A DNA stretch of 64,000 nucleotides from Lachnospiraceae bacterium (GTDB lineage Bacteria > Bacillota > Clostridia > Lachnospirales > Lachnospiraceae): NCBI GenBank assembly GCA_015057035.1, contig SVFC01000007.1, forward strand, positions 34,674-98,673, given 5' to 3'. This document shows positions 1 through 10,206 of the stretch, in pieces. Position 1 is the stretch's first letter. Each line of letters begins with the position of its first letter. The notes beneath the pieces are model-generated. The model was not told the DNA's origin and searched no databases. It was given only the letters and a program-made list of their open reading frames with translations. The position numbers and the translations under genes were made by a program.

Positions 1-303
1 TACGAACCAAAGCCTATAGACAGCCCGGTGGTAGATGATGCTTATATGAGAGCGAAGAAAGCATTCCGTGCCTCTGCGACATCGTATGTGAAAGTAGAGA
101 ACCAGCGCTCTTTCGAATCTTCAAACACCCAGAATTCTGTTTTAGGTTATGATGTGGGAGACCGTGTGCGTCATATCAAGTTCGGTGACGGAGAGGTTCA
201 GGCGATTGTGGCAGGCGGAAGGGATTACGAGGTTACCGTCGATTTCGACAAGGCAGGCACCAGAAAAATGTTTGCGTCCTTTGCAAAATTGAAAAAAATA
301 TAA
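1..303 (+). CDS. pcrA: ATP-dependent DNA helicase PcrA/UvrD, C-terminal Tudor-like domain (5' truncated by window edge)
   Basis: Frame is open from base 1. The end GDRVRHIKFGDGEV...VDFDKAGTRKMFASFAKL matches the PcrA/UvrD C-terminal domain. Confidence 0.8.
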   Translation, partial: YEPKPIDSPVVDDAYMRAKKAFRASATSYVKVENQRSFESSNTQNSVLGYDVGDRVRHIKFGDGEVQAIVAGGRDYEVTVDFDKAGTRKMFASFAKLKKI

Positions 304-389
304 AATCTGTATTTTTTATTAGGAAAATGGGAAATCCTATGTTATAATAATGCTAATATTAATAAACGTATAAAGGAGCGGGGTGTATT

Positions 390-683
390 ATGAATAAATT
401 AGAATCACTTATCAGCAACGCAACAGACGTTATCGAAACAAGCAAGATTGCAAAACTTCTCAAGAAGGAAGAAGAGAAGAAGAAAAAGAAAAACGTAGTT
501 CTTATCGTTTTAGCAGTTATCGGTGGTATCGTAGTATTGGCCGCTGCAGCATACGCAGTATATCACTTCTTCTTCAAACCAGCAGATGGTGAAGATTGGG
601 ATGAATTCGATGATGAATTTGATGAAGATTTCTTCGAAGAAGATTATGTTGTAGAAGATGACGTATTTGAAGACGAAGTATAA
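390..683 (+). CDS. small membrane protein with basic stretch, one TM helix and highly acidic tail (DUF4366-like)
   Basis: KKEEEKKKKK, then hydrophobic VVLIVLAVIGGIVVLAAAAYAVY, then a D/E-rich C-terminus; followed by a terminator. Confidence 0.7.
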   Translation: MNKLESLISNATDVIETSKIAKLLKKEEEKKKKKNVVLIVLAVIGGIVVLAAAAYAVYHFFFKPADGEDWDEFDDEFDEDFFEEDYVVEDDVFEDEV

Positions 684-700
684 TTGAAGAATGAATTAAG

Positions 701-728
701 AAAGGTGTCACTTAGGTGGCACCTTTTT
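701..728 (+). terminator. intrinsic terminator
   Basis: aaaggtgtcac-ttag-gtggcaccttt stem-loop plus T run after the 390..683 stop. Confidence 0.75.
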
Positions 729-917
729 CCTTTATAGGAAATTTCTATAAAGTAAACAGGTGCTTCTGGTTACATACGACAAATTTCGTGAATTTTTATG
801 TGAAAATTCACGAGATTTGTCATGGAAATGATAAGTAAATCTAAGTATCATTTTAAGAGGAAAGTTTTTACCACAGAAAAGGTAAATGTTCTAAAATCAT
901 ATTTTAAGGGGTGTTTT

Positions 918-1517
918 ATGAAGAAACGTATTGTAAGTATTTTAATGGCATTAACACTTGTTATGTGTGCAGGGGGATTGACGGCATGTGATGATGGAAC
1001 TGATTCTCCAGGTCATGACAAGGAATCCCAGAGTGCAGAATCGCAGAACAGTGAAGAATCAGAGAGTTCTGAGATACCAGAAGTTGTTCCTGAGAAAATT
1101 GTAGTTTCTGTTCCAGAAGGATTTGAGAAATCAGAAGAAAATGGTACAATTACATATGCAAAGGAAGATACAGGGTCTAATATCATTTTAAATCAGACTC
1201 CTAATGATGGTTCTTTAGCAACTACAACTGGAAAGATGTTGGTAGAGATATTAGAACCACAGTTAGAAAAGACGTATGAAACAGAACTTACTGTTACATT
1301 GGTAAAAGATGAAAAGATTGAGATTGATGGTCATAAAGGCTTGGTTTACTCTTTCTCTTATGAATATTTAGGATTTGAGATTATTCAGACTCAGTATATA
1401 TTGGAAAATGATGATGTATATGAATTTGTTACTTATACAGATATGACCTTTGAAGGACTTACGGAAGCTTTTAATACTAGCCAGGCTTCTATTGCATTTG
1501 AAGAAGTAGGAAAATAA
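918..1517 (+). CDS. lipoprotein, PsbP/DcrB-like fold
   Basis: Start moved to MKKRIVSIL (ATG 918). Lipobox LTAC, S/E-rich linker, then a VSVPEGF... beta-rich domain. Confidence 0.65.
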   Translation: MKKRIVSILMALTLVMCAGGLTACDDGTDSPGHDKESQSAESQNSEESESSEIPEVVPEKIVVSVPEGFEKSEENGTITYAKEDTGSNIILNQTPNDGSLATTTGKMLVEILEPQLEKTYETELTVTLVKDEKIEIDGHKGLVYSFSYEYLGFEIIQTQYILENDDVYEFVTYTDMTFEGLTEAFNTSQASIAFEEVGK

Positions 1518-1534
1518 AGAATATAAAGAAGCAT

Positions 1535-1569
1535 AGAAAGACGCCACTTAGTTGGCGTTTTTCTTTTTT
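1535..1569 (+). terminator. intrinsic terminator
   Basis: agaaagacgcca...tggcgtttttct hairpin plus T tract. Confidence 0.65.
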
Positions 1570-1714
1570 ACGAGGGATTTTCTCGTAAAAAAAGATGCTC
1601 CGCGGAATTGCACAAAAAGAATGAAATCGTGAAACGGAAGTTAAATAATAGCGAGATATAGGTTAAGCACATAAAAATGCTGATGGAAGAATATTTGTGA
1701 AGGGGGACAATACT

Positions 1715-2986
1715 ATGAAAAGGATATTTAGTATTCTGTTGGTTTTCATTATGCTTGTAGGAGTAGCAGGTTGCAGTACCAATACTTCAAAAGCGCCAGG
1801 AGGTGCTCTTGTCGGAGATGGTGGATTTAGAGGTGATGTAATGGTGATGGGAACGGAAATGGCACCTGAAGCAGCACCAGATGGAGAACCAGATGTAGCA
1901 CCGGGAGAAGATGTGAAGGTAGAAGAGGATGCAATGGTGGAAGTAAAACCGGGACAACCACGTCCTGGTGCAGGCACTTTAACGGCTGGGGAATGGAAAG
2001 ATGCCAATGATTTGGAGTTCTGGACGAAACTACTCAATCGTAACGACTGGTATCAGTTGATGGAATCTAGAAATCTCTATGCAAATAATGTAATTCCTGT
2101 ATTTGTACATGATAGAGAGGGGAATCCTTGTTATAACGTAATCGTGACTCTAAAGGGAGCGCAGGGTACTTTATATACGGCACGAACTGGGGTTGACGGT
2201 AAAGCGTGGGTGCTTCGTAATCTGAATAAAACAGATGATGGTGCCATGAATATTACCGTTGGGAACAAGTCTTTCGAAATTCCTAACGAAGGTACGTTGG
2301 ATGTTACAGTAGAAACTACAGGAGTAAAAGTAGAATCATTAGATTTGATGCTGATGATTGATACCACTGGTTCTATGAGTGATGAACTGAGTTATCTGCA
2401 GAAAGAACTGGAAAATGTGATTGAACGTGTTGCTGACGCAGGGAAAACATTATCAATTAATGTTAGTGTTAATTTTTATCGTGATGAAACAGATGATTAC
2501 GTTGTGAAACCATTCGAATTTACTTCCAATATTCAGAAGGCTATATCTAATTTAAACGCTCAGAGCGCGGATGGAGGTGGAGATTATGCTGAGGCTGTAC
2601 ACAAAGCACTGGATAATGCAATTAAGGAGCATCAGTGGAGAAATGATGCTGTGAAGCTTATGTTCTTTGTGCTGGATGCACCTCCACATCGTGAAAGTGA
2701 AATCAAGGGTATCAATACTCAGATGACGGAAACTGTAAAGGTGGCAGCGGACAAGGGAATTCGTATTATTCCGCTGGCATCTTCTGGTGTGGATACAGAA
2801 ACTGAGTTCTTGTTACGTAGCTGGGCAGTGATGACTGGCGGAACTTATACATTCCTTACCAATCATTCTGGAGTAGGTGGTGATCACTTGGAGCCTACCA
2901 TTGGTCAGTACAAGGTAGAGAAGTTAAATGATTGTATGACTCGTATTATCTGTGAATATTGTGGGTTGGAATACAAGGCGCAGTAG
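1715..2986 (+). CDS. von Willebrand factor A domain lipoprotein
   Basis: Lipobox VAGC; MIDAS motif DTTGSM, GGGD..EA and LDAPPH. Start taken at MKRIFS after an agggg RBS. Confidence 0.8.
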   Translation: MKRIFSILLVFIMLVGVAGCSTNTSKAPGGALVGDGGFRGDVMVMGTEMAPEAAPDGEPDVAPGEDVKVEEDAMVEVKPGQPRPGAGTLTAGEWKDANDLEFWTKLLNRNDWYQLMESRNLYANNVIPVFVHDREGNPCYNVIVTLKGAQGTLYTARTGVDGKAWVLRNLNKTDDGAMNITVGNKSFEIPNEGTLDVTVETTGVKVESLDLMLMIDTTGSMSDELSYLQKELENVIERVADAGKTLSINVSVNFYRDETDDYVVKPFEFTSNIQKAISNLNAQSADGGGDYAEAVHKALDNAIKEHQWRNDAVKLMFFVLDAPPHRESEIKGINTQMTETVKVAADKGIRIIPLASSGVDTETEFLLRSWAVMTGGTYTFLTNHSGVGGDHLEPTIGQYKVEKLNDCMTRIICEYCGLEYKAQ

Positions 2987-3024
2987 AGTTTTTGTTTTAA
3001 CACAACCTTATAATGTAAAAAAAA

Positions 3025-3055
3025 CGCCAACTGCATCGCAGTTGGCGGAATTTTT
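3025..3055 (+). terminator. intrinsic terminator
   Basis: cgccaactgc-atc-gcagttggcg perfect 10-bp stem, then T tract. Confidence 0.7.
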
Positions 3056-3291
3056 CGTTGCTTCCGAAGAAGCCTATTTATATAAGGGGAATAAAGGAAA
3101 GGGTTTGTAAGAAGTGTTGTTCACTTGCTTACAAACGAATAATAACACGGCTATTTTGGTTATACAACGGGTATTATTTATGTGACAAAAAAGACCATGT
3201 TTTTACAAGAAAATATAAAATTCATCAAATCTTCATAAACACTTAAAGGATTCTCTAGAGATTTCTCTTTTGATTTATGCTAGGATAACAA

Positions 3292-4020
3292 ATGTTGAAT
3301 ATAGTACATAATGAAAAGGGAATGGAGTTTATGGGAGAAATCATTCGGAGATCACAGGAAGAAAGAAGAAAACAGATTGTTCGAAGATGCATTATAGGTG
3401 GCATTGTAGCTGTTGCGTTCTTAATAGGACTGTTGTACAGGTTAAACATCATACCGCATTTGTATTACTATAATGGAGACTTCGGAATCATTACCTACAA
3501 AAGTGAAGTGGACCACGATAATGATGGAATTGATGATCAGACAGATATTTTAGAAGGTGTGAGAAAATACATTGCTACTAAGCCGCAATATAAGAGTGTG
3601 TATTATGCGGGAGGATATCCTACCGACGGGTATGGAGTTTGTACGGATGTGGTGGCTCAGGGATTTTTGAATGCAGGATATGATTTGCGTGAATTGGTGG
3701 ATGCGGATATTAAGGCTGCGCCAGAAGCATATAATATTGAAACTCCAGATAAAAATATAGATTTTCGACGTGTGCGTAATCTCAAAGTATTCTTTGAACG
3801 TAATGCTACGAGTCTGACCACAGATGTGACGAGAATAGAAGAATGGCAAGGTGGTGACATCGTGATTTTTGGATATAGTCACATAGGGATTGTATCTGAA
3901 AGAAGAAATGGAAACGGAGTTTGTTTCCTGATTCATCACGGAAGTCCTTGGCAAGCGGGATACGAACAAGATGTGTTAGAACACGATGATGACATTGTGG
4001 GGCATTATAGATGGAGATAA
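3292..4020 (+). CDS. DUF1287 (YijF-like) family protein, putative Cys-His amidase fold
   Basis: N-terminal TM; YY.GGYP, GVCTDVV, DKNIDFRRVRNL, WQGGDIV, HIGIVS. True start may be 3322 or 3331. Confidence 0.8.
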   Translation: MLNIVHNEKGMEFMGEIIRRSQEERRKQIVRRCIIGGIVAVAFLIGLLYRLNIIPHLYYYNGDFGIITYKSEVDHDNDGIDDQTDILEGVRKYIATKPQYKSVYYAGGYPTDGYGVCTDVVAQGFLNAGYDLRELVDADIKAAPEAYNIETPDKNIDFRRVRNLKVFFERNATSLTTDVTRIEEWQGGDIVIFGYSHIGIVSERRNGNGVCFLIHHGSPWQAGYEQDVLEHDDDIVGHYRWR

Positions 4021-4038
4021 AGTAATAGAGGTGTTTCT

Positions 4039-4719
4039 ATGAAAAGAATAGTGTGGACGGCAGTTCTCTTTTTCGTAATACTGTTTCTTTGTTCTCGTAA
4101 AAGTGACGCGGTACGAGCAACAGAAAGAGTTATTGACAGGATAGGTGAAGTTTCTGCACAAAGTGGGGCGGACATTAGTAAGGCGGAAATGTTTTATAGT
4201 GCATTGTCAAGAGATGAAAGATTTCAGGTTGGAAATTACCAAAAACTTGAGGATGCAAAGGAAAGATATGCTTCTTTTTTTGAAACAAAGGATATTACCT
4301 TAGAGAATTGGGAAGATTTTCTAGAGATTGTGGAGGAAATAGAATGGTACGATGGAACTCGTATCGGACATCGTGGCTTTTTGATTCATACAAGTCTTCG
4401 GGCAAAGGGGGATTTTACGGTGCATGATGTTTCTATTAGTATGCAAATCACACCTCAAATTTATTATTGTGAATTTGATTTTGAGAAGGAGATATATCAT
4501 TTGACGCTGGTGGAGGAGAGCAACTTGCCAGAAACAGCAATGACAATGGAGAAACGTGTACTTGTGTTTGAACCAATCAACCATCAAGAATTCTATTATG
4601 GAGATAAAAATGACATTGATGAGAACGGCATGATTCAATGTAGAGATGGAAGAAGTGCTTATATTATATATAAGTATGAAATTATCGATGTTAATGGAGC
4701 GATAACTTATGCAAAGTAA
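4039..4719 (+). CDS. hypothetical exported protein
   Basis: Signal-like N-terminus; helical IDRIGEVS...Y.AL...VGNYQKL segment of the kind seen in surface proteins; RBS gaggtg. Confidence 0.55.
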   Translation: MKRIVWTAVLFFVILFLCSRKSDAVRATERVIDRIGEVSAQSGADISKAEMFYSALSRDERFQVGNYQKLEDAKERYASFFETKDITLENWEDFLEIVEEIEWYDGTRIGHRGFLIHTSLRAKGDFTVHDVSISMQITPQIYYCEFDFEKEIYHLTLVEESNLPETAMTMEKRVLVFEPINHQEFYYGDKNDIDENGMIQCRDGRSAYIIYKYEIIDVNGAITYAK

Positions 4720-4838
4720 AAAATTGATACCAGAAACTTGGAAAATGTACAAGTTTGTGGTATCTTTTTTTTATGTGATAAAAATTAATAATATCTATGA
4801 CATAGGTATCTAATGAATTTCGAAAGGAACTTTGATAA

Positions 4839-6269
4839 ATGAAAAAAGGACAATTAGCGGAAGGCGTTATCGACCATATCGTATTTCCAAACAAGGGGAT
4901 TGCGGTTACGGAAGAGGGGGAAAAGGTTGTTGTAAAGAATACAATCCCAGGACAGAAGGTATCCTTCCGTGTCAATAAAAATAAAAAAGGCAAAGCGGAA
5001 GGAAGACTCCTTGAGATTTTGGAGAAGTCACCATTGGAGGTGGAGTCAAAGTGTCCTCACTTTGCAGAGTGTGGTGGATGTACTTACCAGACACTTCCAT
5101 ACGAAGAACAATTGAAGTTAAAGGAAAATCAGGTGCATGGTCTTATGAGAGAGACCATTGGAGAGGCTTGCGAATATGAGTGGCTTGGCATCAAGGGTAG
5201 CCCAAAGCAGTATGAGTATCGCAATAAGATGGAATTTTCTTTTGGCGACGAATATAAGGACGGTCCTCTTGCGCTGGGACAGCATAAGAGAGGAAGTTTT
5301 TATGACATTTTAACAGTAACTGACTGTCAGATTGTGGACGAAGACTTTAGAAGTATTTTAAAGGCCACAGTAGAGTTTTTCCGTGAGAGAAAAGTAACCT
5401 TCTTCCATAGATTAAGCCATGAAGGTATTTTGCGCCATTTGTTGGTGAGAAAAGCGACTAAAACGCAGGAGATTTTGATTGACCTTGTTATGACCACGCA
5501 GTATGATTCTGCCAACTATGGTGGTGTTACAGAAGATGAGCTCTTAGAACAGTGGAAAGAGCTTCTTCTTTCTCTGGAATTGACAGGAACAATCAAAGGT
5601 ATTCTTCGTACAAAAAATGATAGTGTTGCAGATGTAGTTCGTAATGATGGAACTGACATTTTATATGGACAGGATTATTTTTATGAAGAATTGTTAGGTC
5701 TAACCTTTAAAATTTCGCCATTTTCTTTCTTCCAGACCAATTCTCTGGGAGCAGAAGTGTTGTATGAAACTGCCAGAGAGTTTATTTTGTCTGATAATGC
5801 AGACGAATTAAAAGGCAAAATCGTATATGACTTATACAGTGGAACTGGGACCATCGCTCAGATGTTAGCACCAGTTGCAAAAGAGGTTGTAGGTGTGGAA
5901 ATCATTGAGGAAGCAGTAGAAGCTGCAAAGGAAAATGCTGCACTTAACGGACTTGCGAATTGCAAATTTTTGGCTGGTGATGTACTGAAAGTTTTAGATA
6001 CTATTGAGGAAAAACCGGATTATATTGTGTTAGATCCACCTCGTGATGGTATTCATCCAAAGGCAATTGAGAAAATTATTGATTATGGTGTGGACAAGAT
6101 GATTTATATCTCTTGTAAGCCAACCAGTCTTGCGAGAGATTTGGAGATTTTTCTTGCAAGAGGTTATGATGTGAAGAAGATTTGTTGTGTGGACATGTTC
6201 CCAAACACAGTTCATTGCGAAACAATCGCACTTTTGCATAATAAGATACAAAGGAGAAAAAATCCATGA
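4839..6269 (+). CDS. rlmD: 23S rRNA (uracil-C5)-methyltransferase RlmD
   Basis: TRAM domain, CPHFAECGGC Fe-S motif, SFFQTN, DLYSGTGTI, LDPPRDG, YISC, DMFPNT.HCE. Confidence 0.93.
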   Translation: MKKGQLAEGVIDHIVFPNKGIAVTEEGEKVVVKNTIPGQKVSFRVNKNKKGKAEGRLLEILEKSPLEVESKCPHFAECGGCTYQTLPYEEQLKLKENQVHGLMRETIGEACEYEWLGIKGSPKQYEYRNKMEFSFGDEYKDGPLALGQHKRGSFYDILTVTDCQIVDEDFRSILKATVEFFRERKVTFFHRLSHEGILRHLLVRKATKTQEILIDLVMTTQYDSANYGGVTEDELLEQWKELLLSLELTGTIKGILRTKNDSVADVVRNDGTDILYGQDYFYEELLGLTFKISPFSFFQTNSLGAEVLYETAREFILSDNADELKGKIVYDLYSGTGTIAQMLAPVAKEVVGVEIIEEAVEAAKENAALNGLANCKFLAGDVLKVLDTIEEKPDYIVLDPPRDGIHPKAIEKIIDYGVDKMIYISCKPTSLARDLEIFLARGYDVKKICCVDMFPNTVHCETIALLHNKIQRRKNP

Positions 6270-7339
6270 GTAAAAACATCAATTTAAGTGAGGTATTAGC
6301 ACAGTTCGTAGATGCCACTGTTATGGAGACATATGGTAATGGACACATTAATGATACTTATTCTGTTGGAAAAGCAGGCGGTATTTTACAGAGAATCAAC
6401 ACATCTGTTTTCTCTAATCCAGATGAGTTGATGGAGAATATCGAGAATGTAACGGCTTTTCTTAGAAAGAAAATCGAGGCAGAGGGTGGCAACCCAGAAC
6501 GCGAAACACTATGCATTATGAAAACGATTGATGGGAAAAGTTATTATAAAGTGGACGACCAGCATGTTTTTCGTATGTATCGTTTTGTAGACGATACCAA
6601 AACCATTGAAGAAAGCAATAATCCGAAAGATTTGTATGAAGCAGGCGCAGGGTTTGGTCGTTTTCAGAGAATGTTAGAGGATTATCCAGCAGATACTTTG
6701 TATGAGATTATTCCAGACTTTCATCATACACCAAAACGTGTAGAAGCCTTAAAGCAGGCGATTGCTGAGGATAAAGCGGGCCGCGCTGCGAGTGTTCAGA
6801 AAGAGATTGCATTCGCATTGGAGCAGGCGAAATGGGCGGATACAGTTGTTAAGGCATTAGAAGATGGAAGTGTGCCACTTCGTGTTACTCATAATGATAC
6901 AAAAATCAACAACATTTTGTTTGATAAGATTACTGGAAAAGCGGTTTGCGTTATTGACTTAGATACTGTTATGCCGGGAAGTGCCTTATATGATTTTGGT
7001 GATGCCCTTCGCGTAGTTGGTTCTACAGCGGCAGAAGATGAAACGGATTTGGATATGGTATGGTTCAGCGAGAAAGCGTTCGTGGCCTTTGCCAAAGGTT
7101 TTTTAAGCGAGATGAAGGAATCGTTGACAGAGAGAGAGTTGGAATTATTGCCATTGTCAGTAAAACTTTTGACGTACGAATGCGGTACCAGATTTTTAAC
7201 GGATTATTTAAATGGGGATACATATTTTAAAATTCATAGAGAGCATCACAATCTAGAACGTGCCAGAAACCAGTTTAAACTGGTGGAAGATATCGCGCGT
7301 AAGGAAGATGTGTTGGCAGATATCATAAAGAAACTGTAG
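6266..7339 (+). CDS. phosphotransferase, APH-fold sugar kinase (N-acetylhexosamine 1-kinase-like)
   Basis: GNGHINDT, LQRIN, RVTHNDTKINN, VIDLDTVMPG, RFLTDYLNGD.YF. Overlaps the rlmD stop (ATGA). Confidence 0.8.
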   Translation: MSKNINLSEVLAQFVDATVMETYGNGHINDTYSVGKAGGILQRINTSVFSNPDELMENIENVTAFLRKKIEAEGGNPERETLCIMKTIDGKSYYKVDDQHVFRMYRFVDDTKTIEESNNPKDLYEAGAGFGRFQRMLEDYPADTLYEIIPDFHHTPKRVEALKQAIAEDKAGRAASVQKEIAFALEQAKWADTVVKALEDGSVPLRVTHNDTKINNILFDKITGKAVCVIDLDTVMPGSALYDFGDALRVVGSTAAEDETDLDMVWFSEKAFVAFAKGFLSEMKESLTERELELLPLSVKLLTYECGTRFLTDYLNGDTYFKIHREHHNLERARNQFKLVEDIARKEDVLADIIKKL

Positions 7340-7363
7340 CAATAATTGGGGAGAAAACCGAGG

Positions 7364-8893
7364 ATGAATTTTTACAAGGGAGTAGATATTTCTTCACTCT
7401 TAGAATTAGAAGAAAACGGATTGAAATTGTATAATGCATCCAATCAGCAGGTGGATGCGTTGGATTTGTGTCAGGATAATGGTGTGAATTCCGTGCGACT
7501 TCGTATCTGGAATGAACCTTCAAGAGTTCCAGAGGCAAAGGGCTATTGCGATTTGGAGCATACGGTTCTCTTGGCAAAACGAATCAAGGAAAAGAATATG
7601 CATTTTATGCTGGATTTCCATTATTCAGATTTCTGGGCGGATCCGGGAAAGCAGAGAAAACCATATGCGTGGGAGCATTTGTCGCAAGAAGAATTGGCAC
7701 AGGCGGTATATGATTATACAAAAGAAGTGTTAGAACGTTTGACCAAGGAAGGTTGTCAGCCGGATATGGTACAGGTGGGCAATGAAATTCGAAGCGGTAT
7801 GCTTTTTCCTGATGGAGAAGTGCCTAACTTTACGCAATTGGCGAAATTGGTGAATGCAGGGATTCAGGCGGTTCGAGATGTGAATCCTAAGATTCAGGTG
7901 ATGATTCATCTGGATCAGGGCGGGAAGTATGTTTTTTTAAAAGAATGGTTTGATTCCATTATGGCAGCGGGCTTGTTGCCGTTTGATGTGATTGGAGTTT
8001 CGTTCTATCCATTTTGGCATGGAACTTTTATGGATTTAAAGAATTCTTTGGAAGGCTTGGTAGAGCGATACAAACTTCCTGTGATTGTGGTGGAAACGGC
8101 TCATCCATGGCGCAGAAGCGTGGATGGTTTTGTGACAGAAGAACAGGAACGTATTGCGGGATTTTGCGCTGGAATAAAAGAACAGGGTGAAGTAATGAAG
8201 CTGCTTATGAACATTGTGGCATCTGTTTCTGGCGATATGGGCTGCGGCGTGTATTACTGGGAACCATTGGTGCTTCCAATGGAAGGCCAGGGCAGTTGGG
8301 CGAACAACATGGGGGTTCTGGATTTGGATGGTCATGTGCTTCCAGGTTTTGCGGAATTTGGGTTTGAAAGAGAAGATTATTCAGAAGAATATATGCTTCA
8401 AGTATTTGCACGACTGAAAGCTAAGGCGGAGGAGGAAGCTGAAGCCATGAGTCGTATGCCAGCGGGAACAAATCTCGTGAAAAATCCTACTTTTAAAGAG
8501 GGCGAAAACAACTGGATGCTTATAAAAAAGCAAGAGAATATTCAGACGCAGGTAAATATGGCAGAGGGATATCTGGAAGTAAACTCTAATCAAAATTATG
8601 ATTTCTGCGTCTGTCAGGATGTGTATATCACCCAAAAGGGAAAATATCATTTAAGTGTACAATATCGTGGAACGAATACAACGGATTGCAGGGTAATGTT
8701 CTATGGTGAGCAGATTTGTTGCGACACTCGCGTGCGTGTGGAGAAAAATATATATCCGACAGATGACATGTGGATGCGCTATGATATAGAAGACATAGAA
8801 TTGCAAGAAGGTACATTAAACATTGGTGTGCAACTAAATACTCCACCTGTTATGGGAAGAATAAGAGAATTTAAATTGTGGAAAGTGAAATAA
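7364..8893 (+). CDS. GH53 endo-1,4-beta-galactanase with C-terminal carbohydrate-binding module
   Basis: KGVDIS, VRLRIWN, LDFHYSDFWADPGKQ, VQVGNEI, VVETAHP, YWEP; C-terminal NLVKNPTF.EG CBM-like domain; no signal peptide. Confidence 0.88.
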   Translation: MNFYKGVDISSLLELEENGLKLYNASNQQVDALDLCQDNGVNSVRLRIWNEPSRVPEAKGYCDLEHTVLLAKRIKEKNMHFMLDFHYSDFWADPGKQRKPYAWEHLSQEELAQAVYDYTKEVLERLTKEGCQPDMVQVGNEIRSGMLFPDGEVPNFTQLAKLVNAGIQAVRDVNPKIQVMIHLDQGGKYVFLKEWFDSIMAAGLLPFDVIGVSFYPFWHGTFMDLKNSLEGLVERYKLPVIVVETAHPWRRSVDGFVTEEQERIAGFCAGIKEQGEVMKLLMNIVASVSGDMGCGVYYWEPLVLPMEGQGSWANNMGVLDLDGHVLPGFAEFGFEREDYSEEYMLQVFARLKAKAEEEAEAMSRMPAGTNLVKNPTFKEGENNWMLIKKQENIQTQVNMAEGYLEVNSNQNYDFCVCQDVYITQKGKYHLSVQYRGTNTTDCRVMFYGEQICCDTRVRVEKNIYPTDDMWMRYDIEDIELQEGTLNIGVQLNTPPVMGRIREFKLWKVK

Positions 8894-8979
8894 TTTTCCA
8901 GACTTTTCCTGTTGATTGGAGATTTTTTCGTATAGTAATCTAGTTTATGGAAAAAGATAAGGATATGGAGGACTTAGAG

Positions 8980-10143
8980 ATGAAAGTGACTATTACAGAA
9001 ACAGTAAAATATATAGGTGTCGATGACACAACGCTGGACTTGTTTGAAAGTCAATATGTGATTCCGGAAGGGGTATCCTATAATTCCTATGTGATTATAG
9101 ACGAAAAGATTGCTGTTATGGATACGGTGGACAAGCGTGGTGCTAAAGAGTGGGAAGAAAACCTTTTGAAGGCTTTGGATGGACGTAAACCAGATTACTT
9201 GGTGCTACACCATTTAGAACCTGATCATGCAGGATCCATTGCGAGATTTGTAGAACTTTTCCCAGAAGCAACGTTGGTTGGAAATGCAAAAACATTCCAG
9301 ATGCTCCCACAATTTTTTGATTTTGATCTAGCAGAAAAAACACTCGTGGTAAAAGAAGGCGATGAGCTTTCGCTTGGACAACATACATTATCGTTCATTA
9401 TGGCTCCAATGGTTCATTGGCCAGAGGTTATGGTATCTTATGATAGCAAAGATAAGATATTGTTTTCAGCAGATGGATTTGGAAAATTTGGTGCGTTGGA
9501 ATTAACGGCAGAGGATGATTGGGCGTGTGAAGCCAGAAGATATTATTTTAATATTGTAGGAAAATATGGCGGACCAGTACAAACCTTGCTTAAAAAAGCT
9601 TCGGGATTGGATATTCAGTACATTTGCCCATTACATGGTCCTGTTTTAAGTGAAAATTTAGATTATTACTTGGGACTGTATGATACCTGGAGCAGCTATA
9701 AGCCAGAGAGTGAAGGCGTTTTAATCGCATATGCATCTATTCACGGAAACACTGCAGCAGTAGCGGAAAAACTTGGTGAAATGTTAAGAGAAAAAGGCGT
9801 TGCTAAAGTTGTGGTAAGCGATTTGGCGAGAGAGGATATGGCAGAAGTCATCGAAGATGCCTTTCGTTATGATCGAATGATTCTTGCTGCAGCAAGCTAT
9901 GATAGTGGAGTGTTCCCTTGCATGCAGGACTTTTTGCACCATTTACAAAGTAAAGCGTATCAGAAACGTAAAGTTGGCATTGTAGAAAATGGTTCCTGGG
10001 CACCAAGCGCAGGAAGAGTTATGCGTGGTATTTTAGATACAATGAAGGAGTTGGAGATTGTAGAGCCGATGGTTACGATTCGTTCTACAATGAAAGACAG
10101 TGACTTGGAAAAGTTAAATGAATTAGCAGAGATAATGAAATAA
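8980..10143 (+). CDS. fprA: flavodiiron protein FprA (O2/NO reductase)
   Basis: GVSYNSY, HLEPDH, MVHWPE, FSADGFG, CPLHGP; flavodoxin domain YASIHGNT. Confidence 0.9.
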   Translation: MKVTITETVKYIGVDDTTLDLFESQYVIPEGVSYNSYVIIDEKIAVMDTVDKRGAKEWEENLLKALDGRKPDYLVLHHLEPDHAGSIARFVELFPEATLVGNAKTFQMLPQFFDFDLAEKTLVVKEGDELSLGQHTLSFIMAPMVHWPEVMVSYDSKDKILFSADGFGKFGALELTAEDDWACEARRYYFNIVGKYGGPVQTLLKKASGLDIQYICPLHGPVLSENLDYYLGLYDTWSSYKPESEGVLIAYASIHGNTAAVAEKLGEMLREKGVAKVVVSDLAREDMAEVIEDAFRYDRMILAAASYDSGVFPCMQDFLHHLQSKAYQKRKVGIVENGSWAPSAGRVMRGILDTMKELEIVEPMVTIRSTMKDSDLEKLNELAEIMK

Positions 10144-10159
10144 AGTAGATAATATAAAT

Positions 10160-10193
10160 AGATGGGGTGTTGCATCATTGCAACGCCCCATCT
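10160..10193. terminator. bidirectional terminator between convergent fprA and trxB
   Basis: agatggggtgttgca-tcat-tgcaacgccccatct inverted repeat. Confidence 0.75.
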
Positions 10194-10206
10194 TTCATCT
10201 TTAAAC

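Noticed and set aside
6200-6300. ICE insertion at the rlmD (rumA) 3' end, a known integration hotspot
   Set aside because: rlmD runs directly into the kinase gene; no recombinase or duplicated 3' end was seen.
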